Shown: in pieces, positions 47,483 through 57,384 of the stretch
Position numbering within the stretch: the stretch's first letter is position 1
Layout of the letters: each line of letters opens with the position of its first letter
From: Chromatiales bacterium
Lineage (GTDB): Bacteria; Pseudomonadota; Gammaproteobacteria; Steroidobacterales; GCA-2729495
Assembly: GCA_002688175.1 (NCBI GenBank)
Contig: NZCC01000024.1
Span: 18,126-82,125 of the forward strand
Direction of reading: 5' to 3'
Length of the DNA: 64,000 nt
Program-made: the position numbers and the translations under genes
The notes under the pieces: model-generated
The model's database searches: none
Told to the model about the DNA's origin: nothing
What the model saw: the letters and a program-made list of their open reading frames with translations, nothing else

Positions 47483-49147
47483 TTGAGTACTTTTCATCTC
47501 GTTAATATCTGGACTGATCCGGAGCCGGGGCCCGGGGGCTTCAACCCCATGGACATCTCGATGCTCTGGCTGCCCGATGATCACGATCTGGGCCAGCCGG
47601 CACCGGCATTTATTTTTGCTCACGGCTGGGGTGGCTATCCGCATGACACGTTGCCCCGCCAACTCGGCACGGAACTGACTGCTCAGGGTTACGGATTTTT
47701 AAGCCTGTGCCTGCGCCGCCGGGGCATGGAAGGTCAACTCACCTCAGTACCTGATAACGACCTGCGTGATATCAAGCTGGCGATCGATTACCTCAAGGTC
47801 AACGGATTCACCGAGATCTTTCTGCTTGGCGAGCAAGTGGGTGCTTTATCAGTATTACGCTACATGGCCAAACACAAGGATATACGAGTTCGCGGCGTCA
47901 GCCTGATTGATCCCGTCAATGATCTGCATGCCTGGCTGTCCCAGGCGATAGGTCAGGAAACTTATGCTGATGCGCTGCAACGGGCGGGCATCGCTGCACG
48001 CCAGGGCGCCGGAATGGATTTTCGTATCGATCTGTTTCCGGCTGATGGCCCGGCTGTAACCCAGCAGGCAGGTGCCTTCCTGGCCTGGTGGAGCCCGATG
48101 GCAGATACACAGTTGTCGAGAAGTTTTGCGGATTCACGGACACCGCTTCTGATTCTTGCCGATACTGAAGCCAGCCTGCCGGAATTCCTGTGCCACGATC
48201 GCGAGCCGGGTCGTGCGATAGAGAAAGGCTTCGGCTCGCGCCAGACTTTCGCAAACAAGCTGGCTGGCTGGGCACTGAATCTTGGCGCCCGGGTTCTGGC
48301 CGCGACCACCATCGAGATGGTGCATACCTCTTCCGCCGACACCGAACTATACGGTTTGCTGTGGCAACCGAAAAATCAGCAAGTTCACACCGCTGTCTTG
48401 CTCATGCACGGTCTGACCAGTTCTCCAACCAGCCCGCTGTTCGCCAGGATGGCCCCGGTGCTGGCACAACAGGATCTGGGTGTACTGGCTGTTGAAAGCC
48501 ACCGTAGCGGATGGTCCGGTCATGAAACAGCGTTGCTTGATGACGACCTCAATGACCTCGATGCCTGGGTAGAGTTTCTGCTTGAACATGGCTTCGAACG
48601 TATTGTGCTGGCCGGCGCCAGCATGGGTAGTTTGAGTATCGGCCGCTATCAGTCCATCAAACAGCACCCGCAGGTCGTGGCCCTGGCCCACCTGATGCCA
48701 ACTGCAGATTGTCCGGACTGGTTTTGTGCTGCAGCGGGCAACGGCTCTTATGAAGCAGCCGCCAGGGACGCTCAACAAGCTGTGGCTGACGGCAGAGGCA
48801 AAGATTATCTTGTCGATATTGATGTCCGGCAACCGGAGCCCAGTCTTTCCAGGGGCCGATTCCGTTGGACTCAACGTGCGGCCAGCTGGTTGTCATGGTG
48901 GGGCCCGGATGCCGACAGTCTTAACAGTGTGCACATTGCCAATGCAACCATCCCCATCCTGTTGCTATCAGGAACAGCGGACTCCTATAACGACAAAGCA
49001 CGTTTTGCTGCGCTTAAAGCAGCGGCGATTATAGCACCCAGCGTTGATGAAATCTGGTACGAAGATATCGATCACGGGCTTTATGGTGTCGAAACCAAAG
49101 TCGCCGATGATCTGCACAAGTGGCTCGCAAAAATCGGCGTGATCTAG
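47483..49147 (+). CDS. Tandem alpha/beta-hydrolase; C-terminal domain with GASMG nucleophile, N-terminal domain degenerate
   Basis: HGWGG...GEQVG in domain 1; HGLTS...GASMG...SGTADS...DHG in domain 2. Confidence 0.8.
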   Translation: MSTFHLVNIWTDPEPGPGGFNPMDISMLWLPDDHDLGQPAPAFIFAHGWGGYPHDTLPRQLGTELTAQGYGFLSLCLRRRGMEGQLTSVPDNDLRDIKLAIDYLKVNGFTEIFLLGEQVGALSVLRYMAKHKDIRVRGVSLIDPVNDLHAWLSQAIGQETYADALQRAGIAARQGAGMDFRIDLFPADGPAVTQQAGAFLAWWSPMADTQLSRSFADSRTPLLILADTEASLPEFLCHDREPGRAIEKGFGSRQTFANKLAGWALNLGARVLAATTIEMVHTSSADTELYGLLWQPKNQQVHTAVLLMHGLTSSPTSPLFARMAPVLAQQDLGVLAVESHRSGWSGHETALLDDDLNDLDAWVEFLLEHGFERIVLAGASMGSLSIGRYQSIKQHPQVVALAHLMPTADCPDWFCAAAGNGSYEAAARDAQQAVADGRGKDYLVDIDVRQPEPSLSRGRFRWTQRAASWLSWWGPDADSLNSVHIANATIPILLLSGTADSYNDKARFAALKAAAIIAPSVDEIWYEDIDHGLYGVETKVADDLHKWLAKIGVI

Positions 49148-49317
49148 AAATATAAAGATCCTTGGCAGCCGGTGGAAAACCGAACCCCGGCCAGTATTTT
49201 TCCGTATTCAAATCACCCCCCCTGAAGATCAGCATGCTAACGGGGATTACCACCCTTGTTGGACAGGTACGTGGCGAAGGGCAGGAGCCAGAAACCACAA
49301 CTTTGCGAAACTAAAAA

Positions 49318-49614
49318 ATGACCAGCGTTACGCGTGCTCAATTTCTTAGAGGCAACTGGCATGAACAACCCATGTCACCGTCACGCTTAGCTGTTGCCCA
49401 AATCAGGTCCAGCTGCCTGGCTCACCGAGGCGTCTTCTGCCGCACTTGCGACGAAGCCTGTGAACCGGGCGCCATCAACTTCACAGCGGCGATTGGCCGC
49501 GCACCTGTACCCCGGATTAATACCGACGCCTGCACCGGTTGCGGCGAGTGCGTCGACATCTGTTCTGCCCATGCCATCGCCCTGAAACAACGTCAATCAA
49601 AGGAAAATTTGTAA
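49318..49614 (+). CDS. napF: Short ferredoxin-type NapF
   Basis: RAQFLRG N-terminus; CLAHRGVFCRTCDEAC and CTGCGECVDIC; first gene of the nap operon. Confidence 0.8.
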   Translation: MTSVTRAQFLRGNWHEQPMSPSRLAVAQIRSSCLAHRGVFCRTCDEACEPGAINFTAAIGRAPVPRINTDACTGCGECVDICSAHAIALKQRQSKENL

Positions 49615-49883
49615 TGCCCGGACTTCATGTCAGTGGCGTGCTGATAAACGCCGACCCGGAGTGTCTTAATAGCGTGCAAGCGCAACTAGAGTCCACCCCG
49701 GGGGTTGAGATCCACACCGTGACGCCCGAGGGACGCCTGGTCACAGTTATTGAACAATCTACCGACGATGAACTGGTGAATACTTTCACCAATATACAGA
49801 ACACGGCGGGGGTGCTTTCCGCATCCCTGGTCTACCACTACAGCGAAAATGAGAACGCTGCCGAACAGGAGACCGCATCATGA
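49614..49883 (+). CDS. napD: NapA chaperone
   Basis: [31 protein letters not shown]; coupled to napF and napA. Confidence 0.88.
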   Translation: MPGLHVSGVLINADPECLNSVQAQLESTPGVEIHTVTPEGRLVTVIEQSTDDELVNTFTNIQNTAGVLSASLVYHYSENENAAEQETAS

Positions 49884-52387
49884 AACTGTCACGACGTGAA
49901 TTTGTTAAGGCGAATGCAGCAACAGCAACTGCTGCGGCAGCCGGCGTCAATTTAATAGCCCCGATTGCAACTGCCGGGAACAGCGAAGATATTCGTTGGG
50001 ACAAGGCGCCCTGCCGATTCTGCGGTACGGGATGCAGCGTATTGGTAGGCACTAAAAACGGGCGCATCGTTGCAACTCAGGGCGATCCCGACGCCCCGGT
50101 AAACCGCGGGCTGAACTGTATCAAAGGTTACTTCCTGTCCAAAATCCAGTACGGCGAAGACCGGCTCACCACACCCCTGCTGCGCATGACCAACGGCAAA
50201 TATGACAAGAATGGTGAATTTACACCGGTCAGCTGGGATGCCGCTTTCGACATCATGGCCGATAAATGGAAAGCCGCACTGAAAGATAAAGGCCCGACTT
50301 CGATAGGCATGTTTGGCTCCGGTCAGTGGACGGTATGGGAAGGCTATGCTGCGTCAAAACTTTACAAGGCCGGTTTTCGTACTAACAACCTCGAGCCAAA
50401 CGCGCGCCACTGCATGGCCTCTGCTGTCGCCGGTTTCATCCGTACCTTCGGTGCCGATGAACCCATGGGTGTATACGATGACCTCGAACACGCCGATGCC
50501 TTCGTACTCTGGGGTTCAAACATGGCGGAAATGCATCCTATCCTGTGGAGCCGACTCACCGATCGTCGCCTGACACATGACAAGTGCAAGGTTGCCGTGT
50601 TGTCGACATTCAAGAACCGTAACTTTGACCTCGCCGACATCCCAATGGTATTCAAACCGCAAACCGATCTTGCGATTCTGAACTACATCGCCAATCACAT
50701 CATCCAGTCGGGCAAAGTCAACCAGGACTTCGTCAGCAAGAACGTAAATTTCCGTCGCGGTAACACGGACATCGGCTATGGTCTGCGTCCTGATGATCCG
50801 CGGGAGAAAAAGGCGGCTAATTCTGGCAAAGGCGGCGGTTCCAAGCCGATGACGTTTGATGAATTCAGTAAATTTGTCGCCGACTATGATCTGGATTCAG
50901 TTTCTGAACTTTCGGGCGTGCCGAAGAAGAGCCTGCAGGCATTAGCCGAACTCTATGCAGACCCGAGCATCAAAGTCGTGTCGTACTGGACGATGGGCTT
51001 CAACCAACACTCTCGTGGCACCTGGTGTAATAACCTGGTCTACAACATCCACCTGCTGACCGGCAAGATTTCCGAACCAGGCAACGGCCCGTTCTCACTG
51101 ACGGGACAACCGTCTGCGTGCGGCACGGCTCGTGAAGTCGGCACCTTCGCCCATCGACTGCCGGTCGATCTGGTGGTCAAGAAAGAACCACATCGGGACT
51201 TCAGTGAAAAAATCTGGAAACTGCCGAAAGGCACGATTCCGGGCAAGCCGGGCTTTCACGCCGTACTGCAAAACCGCAAACTCAAGGATGGCAAGATCAA
51301 CGCCTATTGGGTTATGTGCAACAATAATGTGCAGGCAGCGCCCAATATGAACGATGAGACGCTCCCCGGGTATCGCAACCCGGCCAACTTCATCGTCGTG
51401 TCGGATCCCTACCCGACGGTCACGGCCATGGCTGCCGACCTGATCCTGCCCACCGCCATGTGGGCCGAGAAAGAAGGTGCCTACGGTAATGCCGAACGGC
51501 GCACACAATTCTGGCGGCAACAGGTCAAGCCGCCGGGTGAGGCTCGTTCAGATCTCTGGCAACTTGTCGAGTTTTCAAAACGCTTCAAGGTAGAGGAAGT
51601 CTGGCCGGCAGAACTCATTGCGCAAAAAGCCGAGTACAAGGGCAAAACGCTGTACGACATCCTGTTTGCGAACGGCCAGGTAGACCGGTTCCCGAAACAG
51701 GCCGTCATTGATGCAGACGGCAACGTCTACGACAACGACGAGATGGAAGCCTTCGGCTATTACCTGCAAAAAGGACTCTACGAGGAATACCGGATATTCG
51801 GTCTCAAGGGGCCGAAGAAAGGCCACGAACTCGGTGAGTTCGATGCCTATCATGCCAGCCGTGGCTTGCGCTGGCCGGTCATTGACGGCAAGGAGACGCT
51901 GTGGCGTTATCGCACCGGTTACGATCCGCTGGTGGCAGCCGGGAAAGAAGTTGAGTTCTACGGCAAACCCGACGGTAAAGCGGCGGCTTTCGCGCTGCCT
52001 TACGAACCGGCCGCGGAAGAACCGGATGCAGAGTACGATCTGTGGCTGTGCACCGGCCGGGTACTCGAGCACTGGCACTCCGGGTCCATGACCCAACGGG
52101 TACCGGAACTGTATCGCGCCTACCCGGATGCACTGGTATTCATGCACCCGGATGATGCGAAAAAGCGTGGCCTGCGCCGCGGCATGACCGCCACACTCAC
52201 CACACGCCGTGGTGAGATCACGATGCAGGTTGAAACCCGGGGTCGAAACCGGCCACCGCAAGGTTTGATTTTTGCACCGTGGTTCGATGCCCGTCGCCTG
52301 GTCAACAAACTGACGCTGGATGCAACTTGTCCGATCTCCAAAGAAACGGATTACAAGAAATGCGCCGTCAAAGTGACCCGCGCCTGA
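49880..52387 (+). CDS. napA: Periplasmic nitrate reductase catalytic subunit
   Basis: Tat signal [15 protein letters not shown]...[29 protein letters not shown]. Confidence 0.98.
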   Translation: MKLSRREFVKANAATATAAAAGVNLIAPIATAGNSEDIRWDKAPCRFCGTGCSVLVGTKNGRIVATQGDPDAPVNRGLNCIKGYFLSKIQYGEDRLTTPLLRMTNGKYDKNGEFTPVSWDAAFDIMADKWKAALKDKGPTSIGMFGSGQWTVWEGYAASKLYKAGFRTNNLEPNARHCMASAVAGFIRTFGADEPMGVYDDLEHADAFVLWGSNMAEMHPILWSRLTDRRLTHDKCKVAVLSTFKNRNFDLADIPMVFKPQTDLAILNYIANHIIQSGKVNQDFVSKNVNFRRGNTDIGYGLRPDDPREKKAANSGKGGGSKPMTFDEFSKFVADYDLDSVSELSGVPKKSLQALAELYADPSIKVVSYWTMGFNQHSRGTWCNNLVYNIHLLTGKISEPGNGPFSLTGQPSACGTAREVGTFAHRLPVDLVVKKEPHRDFSEKIWKLPKGTIPGKPGFHAVLQNRKLKDGKINAYWVMCNNNVQAAPNMNDETLPGYRNPANFIVVSDPYPTVTAMAADLILPTAMWAEKEGAYGNAERRTQFWRQQVKPPGEARSDLWQLVEFSKRFKVEEVWPAELIAQKAEYKGKTLYDILFANGQVDRFPKQAVIDADGNVYDNDEMEAFGYYLQKGLYEEYRIFGLKGPKKGHELGEFDAYHASRGLRWPVIDGKETLWRYRTGYDPLVAAGKEVEFYGKPDGKAAAFALPYEPAAEEPDAEYDLWLCTGRVLEHWHSGSMTQRVPELYRAYPDALVFMHPDDAKKRGLRRGMTATLTTRRGEITMQVETRGRNRPPQGLIFAPWFDARRLVNKLTLDATCPISKETDYKKCAVKVTRA

Positions 52388-52404
52388 AGTTAGTACCAAC
52401 AGTG

Positions 52405-52698
52405 ATGGGCATGAACAAAACCAGACTAAGACTGATTGGCAATGCCGTCCGGGCTACCGGCGGCATTGCGCTGGGCGGGCTGACGTTAGCCCTGTATGCA
52501 CGCAAGTCGACGTCACTGCCCACCCAGGCGTCACGGCCACTCAACACCATTGGTGATCAGGAGAACCACACGAACTGTGGGCGCTGTATCGATATTTGCT
52601 CACAGGACGTCTTCCAATCTGGCGCCCTTTTTGGATGCCTGATACAACAAAATTTACCCAAACAGAATTTACAATTCGCAAAGGAGACTCAGAGATGA
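52405..52698 (+). pseudogene. napG(5')-napH(3') fusion remnant
   Basis: NapG-like leader (GGIALGGLTLALYARKSTSLPTQASRP) joined to a NapH-like tail (TNCGRCIDICSQDVF) in the napA-napB gap. Confidence 0.65.
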
Positions 52699-53141
52699 AT
52701 CACTCAGAGATCTGCGCACTAGCTGCTGCCCTATTGTTACTCGTCACCGTGAGTAATGCCGACGATAAAGTCCTAAGCCTGAGGGGTGATGTAGACCTTG
52801 ATGCCGCGGCAATATCGCCAACCATCAAGCGATGGGAACCCGATCAGGATGTCCTGCCGAGAGACTTCGTTCAACAGCCACCACTGGTTCCACATTCCAT
52901 AGACGACTATAAAATCAATCAGAATTCAAACAAGTGCCTGACGTGCCACAGCTGGGCCAACTATCGCGGGGCCGGTGCTACAAAAATCAGCCAGACACAT
53001 TTCTCCGACCGGGACGAAAGTGTATTGGCCAACATTGCACCGCGACGCTACTTCTGCACCCAGTGTCATGTTGCCCAGATGGACACAAAGCCCCTGATAG
53101 AAAACTCTTTCGAACCCGTCAAGGCTATCCGCGAGCGATAG
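52695..53141 (+). CDS. napB: Diheme cytochrome c subunit of periplasmic nitrate reductase
   Basis: QPPLVPH, CLTCH, ISQTHF, RRYFCTQCHV; AGGAG RBS before ATG 52695. Confidence 0.95.
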   Translation: MNHSEICALAAALLLLVTVSNADDKVLSLRGDVDLDAAAISPTIKRWEPDQDVLPRDFVQQPPLVPHSIDDYKINQNSNKCLTCHSWANYRGAGATKISQTHFSDRDESVLANIAPRRYFCTQCHVAQMDTKPLIENSFEPVKAIRER

Positions 53142-53159
53142 ACCGAAAGGAATAGTAAA

Positions 53160-53780
53160 ATGAGCGATGAAAAATCAACCGATCGCCCGCAAAATCTATT
53201 GAACATGTTGCGCTCGCCTTCGGGAACTTACAGCCTGGGTGCGCTGCTGATTGTCGGGTTTATTGTCGGTATTCTATTTTGGGGTGGCTTTAACTGGGCC
53301 ATAGAACTAACCAACACCGAGACCTTCTGCATTACCTGCCACGAGATGGAAGTGAATGTTTACGAAGAATATCGCGATACGATTCATTACAACAATCGCA
53401 CCGGTATTCGCGCGGTTTGCTCCGACTGTCATGTGCCGAAGGAATGGCATTACAAAATTCTCCGTAAGATTTTTGCCACCAACGAGTTGTTCCACCACTT
53501 CTTAGGCACTATCGATACAGCCGAGAAATTTGAAGCAAAACGCCTGGAACTGGCACAAAATGTCTGGAGGACCATGAAGGCCACAGACTCCCGGGAGTGC
53601 CGGAACTGTCATGACTACGACTCGATGGACTACGTAGACCAACAACGTCGGGCTGTGAAGGCTCACATTAAAGGCTTTGACGAAGGCGAGACCTGCATCG
53701 ACTGTCACAAGGGCATAGCGCATTCCCTGCCGGCCATGTATACCGAAGATGTGAGTGCGGTGATCGGGAGCGTTCACTGA
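53160..53780 (+). CDS. napC: Tetraheme membrane cytochrome c (NapC/NirT)
   Basis: CITCH, CSDCH, CRNCH, CIDCH; N-terminal TM helix ending in FWGGFN. Confidence 0.95.
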   Translation: MSDEKSTDRPQNLLNMLRSPSGTYSLGALLIVGFIVGILFWGGFNWAIELTNTETFCITCHEMEVNVYEEYRDTIHYNNRTGIRAVCSDCHVPKEWHYKILRKIFATNELFHHFLGTIDTAEKFEAKRLELAQNVWRTMKATDSRECRNCHDYDSMDYVDQQRRAVKAHIKGFDEGETCIDCHKGIAHSLPAMYTEDVSAVIGSVH

Positions 53781-54013
53781 CAATTAAGCATGATTGCTCA
53801 GACCTGATCATTCAGACAGCATCAGATCAGATTGCGCCCACATGACCACTTCGCAGTTGCAAGCGGTCGGCCTGATCATGATGGATTGCTGTTTTCACAC
53901 AACCTCGCCACAAGGAACCGTTCGCACAATCGGACACAAAACACTTACCAGGGAAAGGTCTTACAGCTATAAAACCGCAGCTAAACCAGCTGCGTCGCAC
54001 CCTTAATTACAGC

Positions 54014-54976
54014 TCACTCATGTCTGTGCAACTCGGGAATAACTTCTGTAGCAAGAATCTCCATTTGCTCAACAAAATCCCAAAGCGGATTCAGCACAAT
54101 CATGCGCGCTCCACGATCAATCACTTCACAAAGTCCTTCCACCACCCGCTCTGGACTCCCCCAAACACAGATATCCGCTACGAAGTTCGGATTGCTCTTT
54201 ATCATCCACGGATAACGCGCTGCAAAAAATTTATCCAGACCTGCTTTTACACGTTGTTCATTATTATCAATGCCAAGATACACACGCTTGGATATCGGCA
54301 ACGAAGCCGGATCCCTGCCTTCCTCATCGAGATAACGACGAATCAGTTCAACATGGCTGCCAAAATCACGGGTAGTTGTCGGTCCCGCCCCCATATAACC
54401 ATCCGCCATCCGTACGGCCCTGTGTAGTGCTTTTGGATGCTGCCCGCCAAACCACAAAGGGGGGTGCGGCTGCTGGATCGGCTTGGGTTCCATGCCGGGG
54501 TTTTCAAGCCGGTAGAACTCACCGTTTATGTTGGTCTTGTCCTGCGTCCACAGGCTCTTCATGATTGAGATACTTTCGTTGAAGCGCCTTAGTGCTTCAT
54601 CCGCTTTAGTACCGAAGATCTGAAAATAGTTATCACCGGCAAATACCGGCCCAAGCCCCACCCCGAGAATCACCCGACCATTACTCATATGGTCGAGCGT
54701 ACTGACATTCTTAGCAAGTTGAGGTGCATTACGAATCGGCAGAACAATAACCGACACTCCGAGGCGTAACGTTGTCGTCACCGCTGCTGCATAACTCAAC
54801 AAGCTGATTGATTCGAGCAACGGAACGTCACCGGCCACCTGATCCTGTACCCATGCACTGTCGAAACCAAGTTGCTCGGCACGCTGCAATGCTGTACGCA
54901 CGAGTTGCATATCGGCCTGACCATCGAGAAAGACCTGTGGAATCGGAATGCCGAATGTCAGCGGAACATCCGACAT
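54014..54976 (-). CDS. LLM-class (luciferase-like) oxidoreductase, probably F420-dependent
   Basis: AEQLGFDSAWV, LDHMSNGRVILGVG, PKPIQQPHPPLWFGG. Confidence 0.85.
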   Translation of the reverse strand: MSDVPLTFGIPIPQVFLDGQADMQLVRTALQRAEQLGFDSAWVQDQVAGDVPLLESISLLSYAAAVTTTLRLGVSVIVLPIRNAPQLAKNVSTLDHMSNGRVILGVGLGPVFAGDNYFQIFGTKADEALRRFNESISIMKSLWTQDKTNINGEFYRLENPGMEPKPIQQPHPPLWFGGQHPKALHRAVRMADGYMGAGPTTTRDFGSHVELIRRYLDEEGRDPASLPISKRVYLGIDNNEQRVKAGLDKFFAARYPWMIKSNPNFVADICVWGSPERVVEGLCEVIDRGARMIVLNPLWDFVEQMEILATEVIPELHRHE

Positions 54977-54991
54977 ATCAGCCCGCTCTCA

Positions 54992-56032
54992 TCAGAGCAA
55001 CTCTTCAGCCAGCAGACGCAGTGCGTCAATCGTTGCTCCACCAACCAGCATCGAACCGACATGCCCGCGACTACCGGCTTCTTTCCAGGCCGTGAGACGT
55101 TCGCGAATCCGTTCAGCCGGACCGACCAGCGCACAATCATCGATGAGCTGATCAGGCACCGCCTGCGCCGCTTCAGCCTTCTTGCCAGTCAGATAAAGTT
55201 GCTGGATTTGCCGGGCCTCTGCTGCGTAACCCATACGCGATGCATAGTCATTGTAGAAGTTGTGCCCGGGCGGCCCCATGCCCCCGATGTAGAGCGCAAG
55301 GTGGGCCTTAACGTGGGCTCGACACTCATCGACGTTGTCGCCTATGACGATGCTGACCATCGGCGCGACATCAAAATCAGCCAGGGTCTTTCCGCCATCC
55401 GCCAGCGCCAGACCTTCCTCGATAAATGGCCCGAGCAAGTCGAAACGATCCGGATTCATCCAGATCGGAAATACGCCATTCGCCACTTCACCGGCGCAAC
55501 GCAACCCTGCAGGTGTAATCGCGGCAGTATAGATTGGAATCGGATGACCGGCATGCAGAATACTCTTCATCGGCCTGCCGACGCCCTTGGCATCTTTGCC
55601 ACGGTAAGGAATCTGGTAGTGATAGCCGTCATGTTCAAGTTTTTCGCGGCGGGCAAAAATTTTATGAAGAATATCCACATATTCCCGTGTCCGGGTCAGC
55701 GGCCTGCCATAAGCAACACCATGCCAACCTTCAATAACGCCGGGACCCGAAGGGCCAATACCGAGAATGAATCGCCCACCTGACATCCCGCTCAGGGTCA
55801 TCGCAGACATTGCTGTACAGGTTGGTGTGCGCGCCGGCATTTGCACAATTGCCGTTCCGACCTTGATCCGGGACGTTTTGGCGAGAACCCATGCCGCAGT
55901 TGTCAACGCATCGGAACCGTAGGCTTCGGCAGTCCACACCGAATCAAAGCCAAGGCGCTCGGCTTCGAGAATCTGTTCCATGGGGAGCTCGACCTGTGCC
56001 GGCGAATAACCAGCCATAAGCCCCAGCTTCAT
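54992..56032 (-). CDS. LLM-class F420-dependent oxidoreductase (Rv3520c-like)
   Basis: WTAEAYGSDA, QMPARTP, GPSGPGVIEGWHG, LYIGGMG...NFYN. Confidence 0.88.
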   Translation of the reverse strand: MKLGLMAGYSPAQVELPMEQILEAERLGFDSVWTAEAYGSDALTTAAWVLAKTSRIKVGTAIVQMPARTPTCTAMSAMTLSGMSGGRFILGIGPSGPGVIEGWHGVAYGRPLTRTREYVDILHKIFARREKLEHDGYHYQIPYRGKDAKGVGRPMKSILHAGHPIPIYTAAITPAGLRCAGEVANGVFPIWMNPDRFDLLGPFIEEGLALADGGKTLADFDVAPMVSIVIGDNVDECRAHVKAHLALYIGGMGPPGHNFYNDYASRMGYAAEARQIQQLYLTGKKAEAAQAVPDQLIDDCALVGPAERIRERLTAWKEAGSRGHVGSMLVGGATIDALRLLAEELL

Positions 56033-56117
56033 GATGACGACCTCTTATTTTTATCAGCTGGCGGCTAATACAGTACCGCCCGATAGCGCTCATGGTGAAC
56101 GCAGCTGATCACTCGCG

Positions 56118-56435
56118 TCAACAGTCAGGCAAAAATTGATCCGCCGGTGCGCTTTCTGAATCCAGATCATCACCGGTCAGGTCATCGAGTGATGCGCGCA
56201 GCGTTTGAAGTTCCTGCGTTGATGAGTCAAGTCTTATGGTCATCTCACCGGCATCTTTCTTACTGACCCGCAAACTGGCTTCCAGCGCATGAATCTTATG
56301 GTCATTATCGGGCATATCCTGACCGGAAGCGCGCGAACCAACATAAGCTGAAAACTTGGCGACAAACCAGCCGATCAGAAAAGCTACGAGCCCCAACAGT
56401 AATGGCACGGCGAATAATTCAGACATAATCCACAC
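56118..56435 (-). CDS. Small hypothetical protein with N-terminal TM helix and coiled-coil
   Basis: Hydrophobic LFAVPLLLGLVAFLIGWF followed by a heptad-like segment; fills the intergenic gap. Confidence 0.5.
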   Translation of the reverse strand: MWIMSELFAVPLLLGLVAFLIGWFVAKFSAYVGSRASGQDMPDNDHKIHALEASLRVSKKDAGEMTIRLDSSTQELQTLRASLDDLTGDDLDSESAPADQFLPDC

Positions 56436-56532
56436 TTGGCCTCAGAAAGTGGAATGAATAATGTATGCGGTCTCAGGTATAGGTTCCGTGGCACAGTTCT
56501 CAGAATCCCGCCATTTCTGCTAATCTATAACC

Positions 56533-57360
56533 ATGAATAACCCCATGAAAACAAGGCGCTGGCTCTGCCGCGCCCTGGCCACGGCGGCGGCATCGCCATT
56601 GCTGCCAGCACTCGGCGAGGCTGCCCGGATCCACCGTACGCTGGACCTGGCTGCGCCACAGGATGCATTGACGGCGATGATCAAAATGCGTGGCAGCCTG
56701 CTGGCGGAAGATGTGCCGCACTGGTATTACGGCACTATCTATGCGGTTTTACCGGGTCAGGCGCCCCTGCCGATGGTCAATTTTGAAGGCTCCGAAATTG
56801 ACTACTACGAACGACAATCGGACGGTTCCTACCATGGTTATGCCGCAACAGCGAGCTTCTTCCGCGATACCGGAACCGGCAGGCTGATCGACACGTTTGA
56901 CAACCCGATTACCGGGGAACGCAATGAAGTGCGTCCGAATACGATTTCAGTCAGGGCCCACTATATCTATACGATTAATGGCTATAAACGCTCAGATGAT
57001 TCACGCTCGATTGATGAGACCGCCAGCATTGCCGACCGACTGCACTGGCGAGAGATTAATGACGATATCTGGATGACAACACGACGTGCCTATCCGAAAG
57101 GTGTCACGATGGGTGAACACCAACTCATCCGTGGCTCACTGGCAGAACTGCATAACCCGGACACCGTAAAGGTCTACACGACGGCAGCCCCGACCTTTAT
57201 CGCGCCCTGGTTGGGCTGGATGAATATGAGTGACCACCCCGGTCATACAGTCTGGGCCGGACCGGCCAAAAAACTTGACCGTGTTGAAGACTATCCGCGT
57301 GAACTGCTTGCCCTGATGGAAAAACACTTCCCGGAAAAACTTACGGCAAAGCCACAATAG
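56533..57360 (+). CDS. DUF1838-like protein with Tat-like signal
   Basis: TRRWL leader; YFRD-like FFRDTGTG, NPITGE, PWLGWMNM, YPRELL. Confidence 0.7.
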   Translation: MNNPMKTRRWLCRALATAAASPLLPALGEAARIHRTLDLAAPQDALTAMIKMRGSLLAEDVPHWYYGTIYAVLPGQAPLPMVNFEGSEIDYYERQSDGSYHGYAATASFFRDTGTGRLIDTFDNPITGERNEVRPNTISVRAHYIYTINGYKRSDDSRSIDETASIADRLHWREINDDIWMTTRRAYPKGVTMGEHQLIRGSLAELHNPDTVKVYTTAAPTFIAPWLGWMNMSDHPGHTVWAGPAKKLDRVEDYPRELLALMEKHFPEKLTAKPQ

Positions 57361-57384
57361 TGACTTAACAGCGAAATACTGCTG

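Noticed and set aside
49148..49317. FNR or NarP site upstream of napF
   Set aside because: No convincing TTGAT-N4-ATCAA or 7-2-7 heptamer match found.
51575..52399. 274-aa minus-strand ORF
   Set aside because: Antisense to napA.
54872..55783. 303-aa plus-strand ORF
   Set aside because: Antisense to the LLM oxidoreductases.
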